Below are positions 47,957 through 56,927 of a DNA stretch of 64,000 nucleotides, one piece after another. The DNA comes from Candidatus Nomurabacteria bacterium. Its GTDB lineage: Bacteria > Patescibacteriota > Minisyncoccia > Phycocordibacterales > UBA918. The stretch is from positions 793,778 to 857,777 of the forward strand of contig JACKGH010000001.1 of NCBI GenBank assembly GCA_020632075.1, given 5' to 3'. A program made the position numbers and the translations under genes. The notes under the pieces are model-generated. The model did no database searches and was not told the origin of the DNA. It saw only the letters and a program-made list of their open reading frames with translations. Positions within the stretch are counted from its first letter, which is position 1. Each line of letters opens with the position of its first letter.

Positions 47957-48202
47957 ATGAATGATCCCACAAAGCTGGGTCGCCGAGTTGTTATCAAAGC
48001 AAAGACAAAGTCTAAAGCTGGGAAGGATCATAGTGGCTCTAGTGGCAAGGAGGGTGTGCTGTATGTGACTGTAGAAGGCCAGGAGGTGGAGAAAGCTCGA
48101 GTGGCTGGTCCTAACTCTAAATTTGTGCAAAGAAAATTGCGCAGTACAGGCTTGATCCCCACGTATGTGACACTCAAGAACTATGGAGAGACAGTGTTCT
48201 AA
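47957..48202 (+). CDS. Small basic protein (81 aa), unknown function
   Basis: AGAGG RBS; followed by hairpin aagccctgcagacgcagggctt. Confidence 0.5.
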   Translation: MNDPTKLGRRVVIKAKTKSKAGKDHSGSSGKEGVLYVTVEGQEVEKARVAGPNSKFVQRKLRSTGLIPTYVTLKNYGETVF

Positions 48203-48425
48203 CCAGTACGATAACTAGTAAGCCCTGCAGACGCAGGGCTTTGGTGTGCTAGAGAGAGGACTTGGTCACAAGTCACTCTCTCCGGTCGCGCTCGCGACCC
48301 CGCCTCGGCCTCGTCTTCTCCACTTCGTTACGAAGCCGGCTTTGCGGCCTCCGGCTTTCAAGCCCCCTCCCAGCTGCTAGTCGCAAAAAGCTCTAAAAGT
48401 ATTCACTTTTAGAGCTTGCGCCTAG

Positions 48426-48507
48426 TGCTGGAGAGAGGACTTGAACCTCCACGTCTTGCGACATACGCACCTGAAGCGTACGTGTCTACCAATTTCACCA
48501 CTCCAGC
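48426..48507 (-). tRNA. tRNA-Leu (anticodon CAG), class II with long variable arm; CCA not encoded
   Basis: Manual cloverleaf: acceptor GCTGGAG/CTCCAGC, anticodon stem TACGC/GCGTA with loop TTCAGGT, T-arm GGAGGTTCAAGTCCTCT. Confidence 0.8.
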
Positions 48508-48711
48508 ATTTGAATGATGTGGCTGAAATTAAATCACAGAATAGTCTAAATACAAAGAAAACGACCGAGCAGGTGCTCGGTCGAGATGTTAGATGAGGAG
48601 TCGTCGTTCGACCCAACGCAAAGTATCGGGCCATCCGTGTCGGACTGGTTGCCAGCATCCCAGTGAAGTAAACGCAAACGGGCGCCGGCGAAGCCGGCGC
48701 CCGTTTACTTG

Positions 48712-49005
48712 TTACTCAAAATATCCTGCTGCCTGAAACGCCTTCAGGTCCTGCTTTAGTTGATGTTCTTGCAAAAAGTTGAGGTTGACTTGCGCGTGGG
48801 CTCGCACGATCTGCCAGGCATCGCCCAGTGGTATGTCGTAGCTGGCTGCAAGCGCCTGTGCACTGTCCACAAATTCCTTTGCAGTTGTTACTTCCCAAGT
48901 ACTCACTTCCGGCACGATCTCCGTTTGGAGGCGTTTATTTAAATCATTGATTTGCTCTTGTTGTTCGTGGCCTGGCGTTTTAAAGGCACTATTTTCGATA
49001 CTCAT
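48712..49005 (-). CDS. Hypothetical protein (97 aa)
   Basis: ORF upstream of and co-oriented with the MBL gene. Confidence 0.5.
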   Translation of the reverse strand: MSIENSAFKTPGHEQQEQINDLNKRLQTEIVPEVSTWEVTTAKEFVDSAQALAASYDIPLGDAWQIVRAHAQVNLNFLQEHQLKQDLKAFQAAGYFE

Positions 49006-49007
49006 GA

Positions 49008-49652
49008 TTACATAATAACAGTTTTTTCTGGCTCAAGAACGGTAAACGTAATATTTTGTTTGGTTAGTTCCCGCTCAAAATGCGGATATGTCACTCGTTT
49101 TCCCACTTCTGAAAGTACTGCTTCATGAACCGGGATGACTTGCTTTGGATTCACTGCCAGGACGTACCGAATTGCTTCATTCACCTTAAGCCATGGTCCA
49201 GCTACGGGCGCGGCGAGAATATTTACTTGTTCGTCAGGCACAATATATGAATCACCTGGGTAAAAGAATTCCCCATCTTCAAGGAGAAAGCCAGTGTTTT
49301 CCACTTGTCCGAAGTTCTCATATATCTCTTCATGTTTTCCATCATAGGGCTTGATCGAAATCCCGGCGGCGGTCGTCGTTTCGCGGTCGGTGAGTGTGGT
49401 GTATGAAATGCCAAGCTCACCAAGGATCTTTCCCACCCCGGTATTGGTCACGACCGCCGCCCGCGGATTCAATGCAAGAACAGCTTGTAGTGATTGTGTG
49501 TGCAGGTGGTCCCCGTGTTCATGAGTGATCAGAATGAGATCGATACCAGTTAGCTCAGTAAATCCGCTACTAAAAGCACCCGGATCAGTTAGTATGCGCT
49601 TCCCTGCCAGTTCAATGAGTAAGCAACAATGCCCGTATTTAGTGATAGTCAT
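49008..49652 (-). CDS. MBL-fold metallo-hydrolase
   Basis: Start reassigned to MTITKYGHCCLLIE. Motif HEHGDHL. A terminator and TATACT -10 sit immediately upstream of the ATG, so the transcript is probably leaderless. Confidence 0.75.
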   Translation of the reverse strand: MTITKYGHCCLLIELAGKRILTDPGAFSSGFTELTGIDLILITHEHGDHLHTQSLQAVLALNPRAAVVTNTGVGKILGELGISYTTLTDRETTTAAGISIKPYDGKHEEIYENFGQVENTGFLLEDGEFFYPGDSYIVPDEQVNILAAPVAGPWLKVNEAIRYVLAVNPKQVIPVHEAVLSEVGKRVTYPHFERELTKQNITFTVLEPEKTVIM

Positions 49653-49711
49653 GAGCGCAGTATAACAAAAAGAACCCGCTACGATGTGCGGGTCCATGTT
49701 TTGGTGCGGAG

Positions 49712-49951
49712 TCAGTGGTCGGGGTTCAGGACGATGTCTTCCATCACCCTGCCTACGCCAGCTTCTTCCGGGGTGAGCCGATCGAGCGGTCTCGTCATTC
49801 TGTAGCCGAGTGCCGCGCAAGGGGCATCTGATTCTGCCTCTACCAAGGGACGACTTTTTTTGCCGACGATTTGGTAAGGGGCGAGGTCTCGAAGCTTGCT
49901 GAACAACTGACGCACGCAGTGACACAATAGTGTCAGGTTTTTTTCTTGCAT
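49712..49951 (-). CDS. Small hypothetical protein (79 aa)
   Basis: ORF, terminator 49672..49700 just downstream. Confidence 0.35.
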   Translation of the reverse strand: MQEKNLTLLCHCVRQLFSKLRDLAPYQIVGKKSRPLVEAESDAPCAALGYRMTRPLDRLTPEEAGVGRVMEDIVLNPDH

Positions 49952-50039
49952 CTGCCTACCCTCTCTTTGGTCTTGTCTAGTTGTAAATAATAAAACACAC
50001 TATTGTTTTAGTCAATAGTGTGTACTGAATAACAAATGT

Positions 50040-50384
50040 TTAGGCTGCCAGATCTTCTGAGTGTAGTTCGCCGTTTGGGGTTGCGTCGTTTCTAACCTGC
50101 TCAGCTTGCTCTGCGATCTGTAGTGCCTCGGCTCTTGAGACAAATCGTCCAACACTTGTCGCAAAACCATCAAGCACTAGGTCAGGATTGGCCGCCTGCA
50201 GACGAGTAATGAATAGCTTGATGTCACCATCTGTACCTTCCGTTAGTTCTGGGTTTGTTACGTGCAACTGTTCTCGTAACTGCTCGAATGCATGCGCGTG
50301 TGTAATGCCCCTGAATATCTCTCCATTGTATTGCACTGCAGCTCCGAGTACTCGTTCTGGTGCCTGAGGCCCACTTTCGATCAT
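50040..50384 (-). CDS. Hypothetical protein (about 114 aa)
   Basis: Start reassigned to MIESGPQAPERV. Confidence 0.45.
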   Translation of the reverse strand: MIESGPQAPERVLGAAVQYNGEIFRGITHAHAFEQLREQLHVTNPELTEGTDGDIKLFITRLQAANPDLVLDGFATSVGRFVSRAEALQIAEQAEQVRNDATPNGELHSEDLAA

Positions 50385-50459
50385 ATGTAAAAAGTATAGC
50401 TTGGTACCCGAATAGTGCAAATGTATAGCAGTTTTTCAGTAATACGGTAGACTGAGGAC

Positions 50460-51260
50460 ATGAAAATCTACTCATGGAACGTTAACGGCATTCGAGCCGT
50501 CAATAAAAAGGGTTTATTTGAGCCATTTTTAGAAAAACACGACCCAGATATCCTGTGTTTACAAGAAACTAAGGCAAACCATGAGCAAGTTGATCTCGAT
50601 TGGCCACAATTTGAAGAATATTGGTGTTCAGCGGAGCGAAAAGGCTACTCAGGCACGGCAATTTTCACCAAATACACCCCAATTGACGTTGTAAATGGTC
50701 TTCCCGAGGATATCTTGAGCAAGTACAAGCTTGAGGACAGTTATGGCGACACTACTAAAGAAGGTCGTGTTGTCACTGCTGAATTTGAGCCGTTCTATGT
50801 CAGTACGGTCTATACTCCGAATGCTAAAGATGACCTTTCTCGTATTCCAATGCGTCAAGAGTGGGACCCAGCGTATCTTGAGTACATGGATCGGTTGCAG
50901 CAAGACAAGCCAGTGATTTTCTGTGGTGATTTCAATGTTGCACATCAGCCGATCGACCTCGCAAGGCCGAAACCAAACGAGGGCAAAAAAGGATTCACAC
51001 TCGAAGAACGAGCAGGCTTCGATGCGATGATCGAAAAAGGTTTCGTCGACACCCTTCGCCACTTCCACCCTAACACTCCAGAACTTTACACCTGGTGGTC
51101 GCACTTCGGTGGTGCTCGTGAACGTAATGTCGGTTGGCGTATCGACTACGTGATGCTCTCAGAAGCACTTACTCCCCTCCTTAAGAATGCTAAGATCCAT
51201 CCTGATGTGCTGGGAAGTGATCACTGTCCAGTATCAGTAGAGCTGGGGATTGAACTCTAG
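50460..51260 (+). CDS. xth: Exodeoxyribonuclease III (AP endonuclease)
   Basis: MKIYSWNVNGIRA...LCLQETK...SDHCPV, giving the EEP family motifs. Confidence 0.9.
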   Translation: MKIYSWNVNGIRAVNKKGLFEPFLEKHDPDILCLQETKANHEQVDLDWPQFEEYWCSAERKGYSGTAIFTKYTPIDVVNGLPEDILSKYKLEDSYGDTTKEGRVVTAEFEPFYVSTVYTPNAKDDLSRIPMRQEWDPAYLEYMDRLQQDKPVIFCGDFNVAHQPIDLARPKPNEGKKGFTLEERAGFDAMIEKGFVDTLRHFHPNTPELYTWWSHFGGARERNVGWRIDYVMLSEALTPLLKNAKIHPDVLGSDHCPVSVELGIEL

Positions 51261-51279
51261 TCTCCAGGCAAACTTTAAG

Positions 51280-51357
51280 AGCGCTGTGTAATTGTGACTC
51301 AGCGTCCTCGCAATGAGAATTATTGCTGCGGATGCTTCACTACAATTACATAGCGCT
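51280..51357. repeat. Hairpin element copy B (same core as 34690..34768), outer stem agcgctgtgtaattgt / acaattacatagcgct
   Basis: Aligned by eye to copy A. The core is about 80% identical and the outer stems differ but both pair. Confidence 0.5.
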
Positions 51358-51981
51358 CTTTTACGTTGATAAATAAGCATATTAGGGCACAAAAAGTAAA
51401 TGTATTTCGAAAAGGCAATCACACGAAACACAAATTTGTCAATGATTAATTGTAAAAGACAGTTATCCCCACTTATGCACAAGCGTGTCCTTTACCTTGT
51501 CCTTTACAGGGAGTATATTATTGGCAGGCCCAGAGAGGGCGCGCAGTTACTTCCAGAGAGTTGCACTGAAGAAAATCTTCCGTCCATCTCCCTGGGGGTA
51601 AACCGTAAAGAGATCTTCCAAAATAACAACAAGAGTATTACCTCCAAGAATCGAAAGATTCTTTACTCAAAAACGTTCATAACATCCCACCCCGAAAGAG
51701 AACAGATAGAAGCACCTCTACAATGCGACTATCACCAAATGTTCATCTTTCACACAACGTAAGAGCTTCGGAATAGGTTAGATCAAAATGATCGCCAACT
51801 AGGATTACCATAATCCTCCAAATATAAGCTCAATTTTTTACAAGGCCTGAAGGCACCGGCAGCTGATCACCACCACGATTGGCTCCCGATACCTTCAGGT
51901 CTTTTCTTTTGTTTATATTGTGTGACACCAGAAGTCGTGGTAACTTTCTAGCGTAATCGATCTTTTTGTTTGGAGGGTTAC

Positions 51982-52278
51982 ATGTCAAATATTCTAAGAC
52001 TCCCTCAGGCAGTAGACTCCTTTGAGCTCTATAAGCAGCTGTGGCGATCTGCATTACAGAAAGACGGCACTCTTGGTTCCGCAGATGCTCTAACGATTGC
52101 TTTTGAGAGCAACGAAGTCCAGCGGGCGCTCAGTAACCAGCAAGTTCCCGGTGTCATGCACCACAGGACTCTACGCTTTATGGAGAAAGCAGGTGTTCTT
52201 AGCAGGAAAGGAGATTGTTTTTACCTCACTCATAATGGTATAGCTACTTATGTAGCAAGGCTTCGGCGGTGTTTCTGA
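51982..52278 (+). CDS. Hypothetical small protein (98 aa)
   Basis: GGAGGG 4 nt upstream of ATG, terminator hairpin aaacggctcaacagagccgttt downstream. Upstream 51262..51960 has no credible ORF, and a plus-strand terminator lies near 51850..51915. Confidence 0.45.
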   Translation: MSNILRLPQAVDSFELYKQLWRSALQKDGTLGSADALTIAFESNEVQRALSNQQVPGVMHHRTLRFMEKAGVLSRKGDCFYLTHNGIATYVARLRRCF

Positions 52279-52331
52279 TAAAAAAACGGCTCAACAGAGC
52301 CGTTTTCTCAATTTTGTCCTTTATAATTACC

Positions 52332-53840
52332 CTACCCCACGTGGTGCTCCCGAGCAATGTCCTTTAGAGCAGCTTCCTCCTCTTCTGCCTGCCTGCGCTT
52401 CCCGGCTTCCGCCAGTTCAACAAGCGTTTCTTCTGGCATTTCAAGCAACTCAAGGGCACGTTTTTCCATGAATTCCTCTGTGTTTTTACTTGCGTCATCT
52501 AAGGCTTCCTCCAAAAGAGCGTGCAAAATATAGCCAAGTCGCCGTCCTGGCTTCTCGCCCGAGAGTTCCATGATGCGGTCGCCATTGATCTTCAACATTT
52601 TGACTGAGATCGGATCACGCAGTGCTTCGTCTACCATCGCTTTGTATTTTCGGAATCGGAATGGCTGTTCCTTTGGTCGACCCATGCCAATGCGGTCACA
52701 AACACGTAAACTAAGGAGATCTTCAATGTGATCTTCACCAATTCGGGTGATCGTCCGGCGTACGGCAGCTAAAGTGATCTCGTCAGGATCAGCAAAGAAC
52801 ATATGCCAGCGTACTAGGTTGATTACCTCCTCAGAAAGTTCTCGTGGTAATCGTAAACGATCCATGATTTTACTAGTCATTCTGGCTCCAACTACTTCAT
52901 GTCCAAAGAAGGTATACTGCTTGTTCTTGCCTCCTTCACGTCGGGTTTGCGGCTTGGCTATGTCATGAAAGAGTGCTGCCAGTCGCATGGCTAGTGAGTA
53001 GTCCTTGTCTGCGGCAGCCTGCATGGTGCGTAAAAGGTGTTCATATACGTCATATGCATGCGCTCCACCCTGTTCTATCCCTATACCAAGTCGTAGTTCC
53101 GGTAAGAACTGCTCCAGTAGGCCGAGCTTCTCCATAAAGATGATCCCCTGCATCGGGGTCGGAGAGTTAACAGTACGTAAGAATTCGCTCGCAATACGTT
53201 CGATAGAAATACGACTTAATTGCTGGCTATGTCGGGTGATTGCTGCCATGGTTTCGGCTTCGATCATGAAATCAAGTTCGGCCGCGAGACGCACGGCACG
53301 CATCATGCGGAGCGCGTCTTCTGAGAAGCGTTCATTCGCGTCACCGACTGCCTTGAGCCGTCTCGCGGCCAAATCCTCCAAACCATCGTAGTTATCAACC
53401 AGCTCATCAGTAGAAATACGGTACGCCAAGGCGTTCACGGTAAAATCACGTCGCTGTAAGTCTTCTTCAAGTGATACTCCAAATGTCACTTCATCGGGTC
53501 GTCTTGCGTCACTGTAGCCACTCTCAGTTCTATACGGAGTTACTTCGATAACCTTTAGAGAATCATGTTCAGATTCTGTTTTTATACCGACGGTACCGTA
53601 ATCATTATTAGCATAATGTTCTGGAAATAGTGCTTGAATCTCTTCAGGGGTAGCGTTGGTGGTCAGGTCCCAATCCTTTGGGATTTTGCCGAGTAAGAGG
53701 TCGCGAGTGCAGCCGCCGACCACATATGCTTCAAAACCCTTGTCTTCCAGGGTTTTTGCGACTTGTCTCACTTCAATTGGAATATTTTGTGGGGTGATCA
53801 TGTGCTTTTGTATTTTAGCAAGATTGTGGTCACAAATCAC
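52332..53840 (-). CDS. cca: CCA-adding tRNA nucleotidyltransferase with C-terminal HD domain
   Basis: GGCTRDLLLGKIPKDWDLTTNATPEE (pol-beta NTase head), HD motif region. The start may be MITPQNI at complement 53801. Confidence 0.85.
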   Translation of the reverse strand: MICDHNLAKIQKHMITPQNIPIEVRQVAKTLEDKGFEAYVVGGCTRDLLLGKIPKDWDLTTNATPEEIQALFPEHYANNDYGTVGIKTESEHDSLKVIEVTPYRTESGYSDARRPDEVTFGVSLEEDLQRRDFTVNALAYRISTDELVDNYDGLEDLAARRLKAVGDANERFSEDALRMMRAVRLAAELDFMIEAETMAAITRHSQQLSRISIERIASEFLRTVNSPTPMQGIIFMEKLGLLEQFLPELRLGIGIEQGGAHAYDVYEHLLRTMQAAADKDYSLAMRLAALFHDIAKPQTRREGGKNKQYTFFGHEVVGARMTSKIMDRLRLPRELSEEVINLVRWHMFFADPDEITLAAVRRTITRIGEDHIEDLLSLRVCDRIGMGRPKEQPFRFRKYKAMVDEALRDPISVKMLKINGDRIMELSGEKPGRRLGYILHALLEEALDDASKNTEEFMEKRALELLEMPEETLVELAEAGKRRQAEEEEAALKDIAREHHVG

Positions 53841-53899
53841 TAAGTATATTCAAACACTTCGTGTTGAATCTACTAAGTGTTTGCGACCCCGGCTCGACG

Positions 53900-54020
53900 G
53901 CATTTTGCTTTAAGATCTAAGCAAAATGCATGTCTACGCCTTGCACATTGGCACGAAAGTGACGCAGGTCACTTTCTAAATGAAAATCAGCACCCTGGTG
54001 CTGATTTTCATTTACCAATG
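53900..54020. other. Nested hairpin structure between tRNA-Arg and cca
   Basis: Hairpin gcattttgctttaagatctaagcaaaatgc, hairpin gaaagtgacgcaggtcactttc, and an 18-bp stem taaatgaaaatcagcacc/ggtgctgattttcattta. An outer pairing tgcacattgg/ccaatgtgca reaches into the tRNA 3' end. Confidence 0.4.
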
Positions 54021-54092
54021 TGCACCTGCCAGGACTCGAACCCAGAACGACTGATCCGAAGTCAGTTGTGATATCCATTTCACCACAGGTGC
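54021..54092 (-). tRNA. tRNA-Arg (anticodon TCG); CCA not encoded
   Basis: Manual fold: acceptor GCACCTG/CAGGTGC, D GTGA/TCAC, anticodon stem ACTGA/TCAGT with loop CTTCGGA, T-loop TTCGAGT. Confidence 0.75.
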
Positions 54093-54174
54093 GTGTGTGG
54101 CACAGCGGTTGTATCGCTGAGTGGCACTATCATACGGTGGATATGACTATTTGGCAATGGTTTTATCGCAGTAA

Positions 54175-54783
54175 TCACCGTCGCAGCAGAATCTTACTTG
54201 CCCAGACCAGTGAGGCAGCGCCAATAACAGAGAAAGAAGCCATGACGTAAAATACAGCATCAAAACTAAAGACCGCTGCAATGTAGCTGCCAACTGCTGC
54301 GGTGATCGCTGCGCTGAAATCGGCAATGGTCTGGTACGCGCTCCACTCAAAACCCTCTTTCCCCTCATCAATTGACCTTGTGAATACTGCATACCAGGTT
54401 GGGTACGATGCTGCAGATAGAAGACCAAAAATGAATTGGACAGCGTAAAGCTCGAGTACTGTATCGATCATGCTGTAGAGAAGCGCAATAATTGCAAAGC
54501 CAAACGTGGCAATGAGTAGAATGATCATGTCATCCTTCTGCCCTTTCCATCGATCGATCAAGATGCCGATCGGTAATTGTCCAACACTACGAGTAACAAG
54601 GTAGACAGCTGTCGCAACACCAACTGTTTCAATTGTCGCCCCCTGAATGAAATCTGTGATAAACAACGCAAATATAGGTGTGATCAAGCCGAGACCGCCA
54701 ATAATGAAGAAGTCAGAAACAATAAACAGCCTGATGACGGGGTTAATTTCCCGTAAATTGAAAAGTGATGGGGTGCTTTGCAT
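54175..54783 (-). CDS. 6-TM membrane protein, MFS-transporter-like half
   Basis: Start reassigned to MQSTPSLF. Motif LIDRWKGQKD resembles the MFS loop 2-3 motif. Confidence 0.55.
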   Translation of the reverse strand: MQSTPSLFNLREINPVIRLFIVSDFFIIGGLGLITPIFALFITDFIQGATIETVGVATAVYLVTRSVGQLPIGILIDRWKGQKDDMIILLIATFGFAIIALLYSMIDTVLELYAVQFIFGLLSAASYPTWYAVFTRSIDEGKEGFEWSAYQTIADFSAAITAAVGSYIAAVFSFDAVFYVMASFSVIGAASLVWASKILLRR

Positions 54784-54861
54784 AGTACGAAAATGATACC
54801 ACGGAGATTTGTGAATTGTACAAATCGAACATATGAATATAGTATATAATATACATACATT

Positions 54862-55530
54862 ATGGTTCGAAATCAGGAGAAATACGATCAAGCGCTGCAA
54901 TTACGTAAGCGCGGTTTTACTCTACAAGAGATAGCAAAGTACTGCGATATCTCTAAGTCTACTGCCTCAAAATGGTTGCAAAATAAGGCTTTTTCGGATC
55001 ATGTTACTAAGCAAAATAGGAAACGCGCCGGTGCTGATAATGCCAAGCGACTACAATTAGTGAACAAAGCTCGTGGTGGAGAACGCAAGGCTCGCTACGC
55101 CGAAGCTGCGCGTTCCGCTGCAGTCGAGTATAAGCACTACAAAAAGGATCCACTTTTCATGGCTGGACTAACGGTGTACCTATCTATCGGAGATACGAAG
55201 GATCAGCGGTCCATTCGTCTCTCGAGTGCGAGAATGCCAGCACATGCTGTGTTCGTACGGTTTGCTAGAGAATATTTAGGTATAGAAAAGAGTAGGGTCC
55301 ACATCTGGCTACAGCTCTATCATGGTCAAAGTGAAGAGGTGTGCATGAAGAAGTGGCGTACTGTCACCACGCTTCCCTACAGTCAGTTTTATAAAAATCA
55401 GGTTATTAACTCCACTGCCTCTAAGAAAACATTGCATTATGGCGTTGGAAATACTATAATCGGCAGCACAGTTTTAAAGCGTAAGCTCACTGAGTGGGTA
55501 AAGCTTGCAGAAAAAGAACTGATAAAATAA
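54862..55530 (+). CDS. Basic protein with N-terminal HTH (LQEIAKYCDISKSTASKWL), unknown function
   Basis: 222 aa ORF. HTH recognised by eye. Confidence 0.55.
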   Translation: MVRNQEKYDQALQLRKRGFTLQEIAKYCDISKSTASKWLQNKAFSDHVTKQNRKRAGADNAKRLQLVNKARGGERKARYAEAARSAAVEYKHYKKDPLFMAGLTVYLSIGDTKDQRSIRLSSARMPAHAVFVRFAREYLGIEKSRVHIWLQLYHGQSEEVCMKKWRTVTTLPYSQFYKNQVINSTASKKTLHYGVGNTIIGSTVLKRKLTEWVKLAEKELIK

Positions 55531-55534
55531 CGAT

Positions 55535-55608
55535 GCGGCCATGGTTAAGTGGTATAACGTGGCCTTGCCAAGGCTAAGTCGGGAGTTCGATTCTCCCTGG
55601 CCGCACCA
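55535..55608 (+). tRNA. tRNA-Gly (anticodon GCC) with encoded CCA
   Basis: GCGGCCA...anticodon loop TTGCCAA...T-arm GGGAGTTCGATTCTCCC...TGGCCGCACCA. Confidence 0.85.
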
Positions 55609-55612
55609 TAAT

Positions 55613-55656
55613 TGTTCTATGTGAAAAGCACCTGCATCGCAGGTGCTTTTCACATG
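55613..55656 (+). terminator. Strong hairpin gtgaaaagcacctgcatcgcaggtgcttttcac
   Basis: 15-bp stem. Confidence 0.6.
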
Positions 55657-55782
55657 TGGGTAACTGTGGATAAATGAGTGGATATGGGGATAAAGGACAA
55701 TCCACAGGTCTATCTTCCTAATGTCTTTTATTAAAGACTGTTATAATTAAAGCCATACAAGTATGTGAAATGTGTTTACTAC

Positions 55783-56537
55783 GTTTCACGTGAAACAGTT
55801 TGACATAGTTACACATGAAACAAGGAGATAAGCGAGGAGCAAGGAATCAGATCGGTGCATATGGAGAGAAACTCGCTGAGAATTACCTTTTAAAAAGAGG
55901 CTTTGCTATTTTGGATACAAATTATCTTAAAAAATGGGGTGAAATTGATATTGTTGCACGTGAAACTGGTGAAAATGGTATGACTGTAAGGTTTGTTGAG
56001 GTAAAAACAGTTTCATATGAAACAATGTCTGCACTACAGGCAGCTATTTCACGTGGAACGTGGCGTCCGGAAGAAAATGTGCATCCTAGGAAGATTCAGC
56101 GCATAAATCGAGCGATTGAGAGTTGGGTCATGGAACATGAGTATGGTGGCGACTGGGAAATCGACGTTATTTCGGTTCGAATTGTTCCACGTGAAAAATA
56201 CGGTACTATAAAATACATTCCAAACATTATTTTGTAGTTGCGTTTCATGTGTAACGCGTGATCACTAGCTATAATTTTTTGCAGCGTGCGTGCTGCTTGG
56301 GCATTTCACATGAAACACTGTACGAGTGTTCCACGTGAAACGTATTTTGACTGCATGCTAGAATATTGTCTGTATGAAACAAGTACTAATTCTTTCAGAA
56401 TCAGTGATCACTGAAGCATTGACCAATTTGTCTGACTGGCGCCTCGAAGACGGTAAGCTTATGGCAGAGTTTACACTGCCGGATTTTGACACTGCAATTG
56501 AGCTTGTGAACAAAGTAGCAGCAGTTTCACGTGAAAT
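55783..56537. promoter_or_regulatory. Cluster of eight copies of the palindrome TTCAC(G/A)TGAA(AC) in intergenic and coding positions around yraN and the PCD gene
   Basis: Copies at 55783..55796 (perfect 14-mer GTTTCACGTGAAAC), 55968..55977, 56047..56059, 56184..56197, 56240..56257 (variant), 56305..56318, 56328..56341 and 56524..56537. Confidence 0.5.
55815..56237 (+). CDS. yraN: YraN/UPF0102-family endonuclease-like protein
   Basis: GEKLAENYLLKRGFAIL...WGEIDIVARE...VRFVEVKT. Confidence 0.7.
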   Translation: MKQGDKRGARNQIGAYGEKLAENYLLKRGFAILDTNYLKKWGEIDIVARETGENGMTVRFVEVKTVSYETMSALQAAISRGTWRPEENVHPRKIQRINRAIESWVMEHEYGGDWEIDVISVRIVPREKYGTIKYIPNIIL

Positions 56538-56682
56538 GGACCATCATCCACTTATGACCAATGTGTATAATCGTTTGCTTTTCTCATTATCCACGCATGG
56601 GGTGGGAGATAGAGTGACTCAGCTTGATCTTGATCTAGCACATCGAATCTCTCTGCTGATCAATGAGGATATCACGCAGTAG
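56374..56682 (+). CDS. phhB: Pterin-4a-carbinolamine dehydratase (DCoH/PhhB family)
   Basis: LSDWRLEDGKLMAEFTLPDFDTAIELVNKVAAVSREMDHHPLMTNVYNRLLFSLSTHGVGDRVTQLDLDLAHRI. Confidence 0.7.
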   Translation: MKQVLILSESVITEALTNLSDWRLEDGKLMAEFTLPDFDTAIELVNKVAAVSREMDHHPLMTNVYNRLLFSLSTHGVGDRVTQLDLDLAHRISLLINEDITQ

Positions 56683-56855
56683 CACACTCGCATTTTTTGA
56701 GAAAGAATGATATATTTTGCGAACTTTGATCACGTTTGTGATTAAGTCGAGTGATTCGCGTCTTGTGTTAGTGCAGAGTCGCGAGGGTGTAAACAGAAGT
56801 TTTCACCCCTCGTTCGCAGCTTAAATAAAAGTAAACTTTTATTTACCTGCTCACT

Positions 56856-56926
56856 CGGGGTGTAGCATAATGGTAGTGTACACGGTTTGGGACCGTGTGG
56901 CCCGGGTTCGATTCCCGGCTCCCCGA
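56856..56926 (+). tRNA. tRNA-Pro (anticodon TGG); one U-U mismatch in the acceptor stem; CCA not encoded
   Basis: Manual fold: anticodon stem CACGG/CCGTG with loop TTTGGGA, T-arm CCGGGTTCGATTCCCGG, D-stem with two G-U pairs. Confidence 0.6.
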
Positions 56927-56927
56927 C

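Noticed and set aside
48422-48658. 78-aa minus ORF
   Set aside because: Overlaps tRNA-Leu and the multi-hairpin spacer
34690-51357. Hairpin elements A and B as attL/attR of a 16.6-kb integrated element containing xerC
   Set aside because: Copies are only about 80% identical with different termini. The intervening genes include core housekeeping genes (rpsO, cca, csp, tRNA-Leu). The XerC/D-like protein looks like the chromosomal dimer-resolution recombinase.
51400-51762. 120-aa plus ORF in the xth downstream region
   Set aside because: No RBS, odd composition (MYFEKAITRNTNLSMINCK...), lies in an apparently non-coding 700-nt stretch. A plus-strand terminator near 51850..51915 suggests an ncRNA is more likely than a protein, but I could not identify one.
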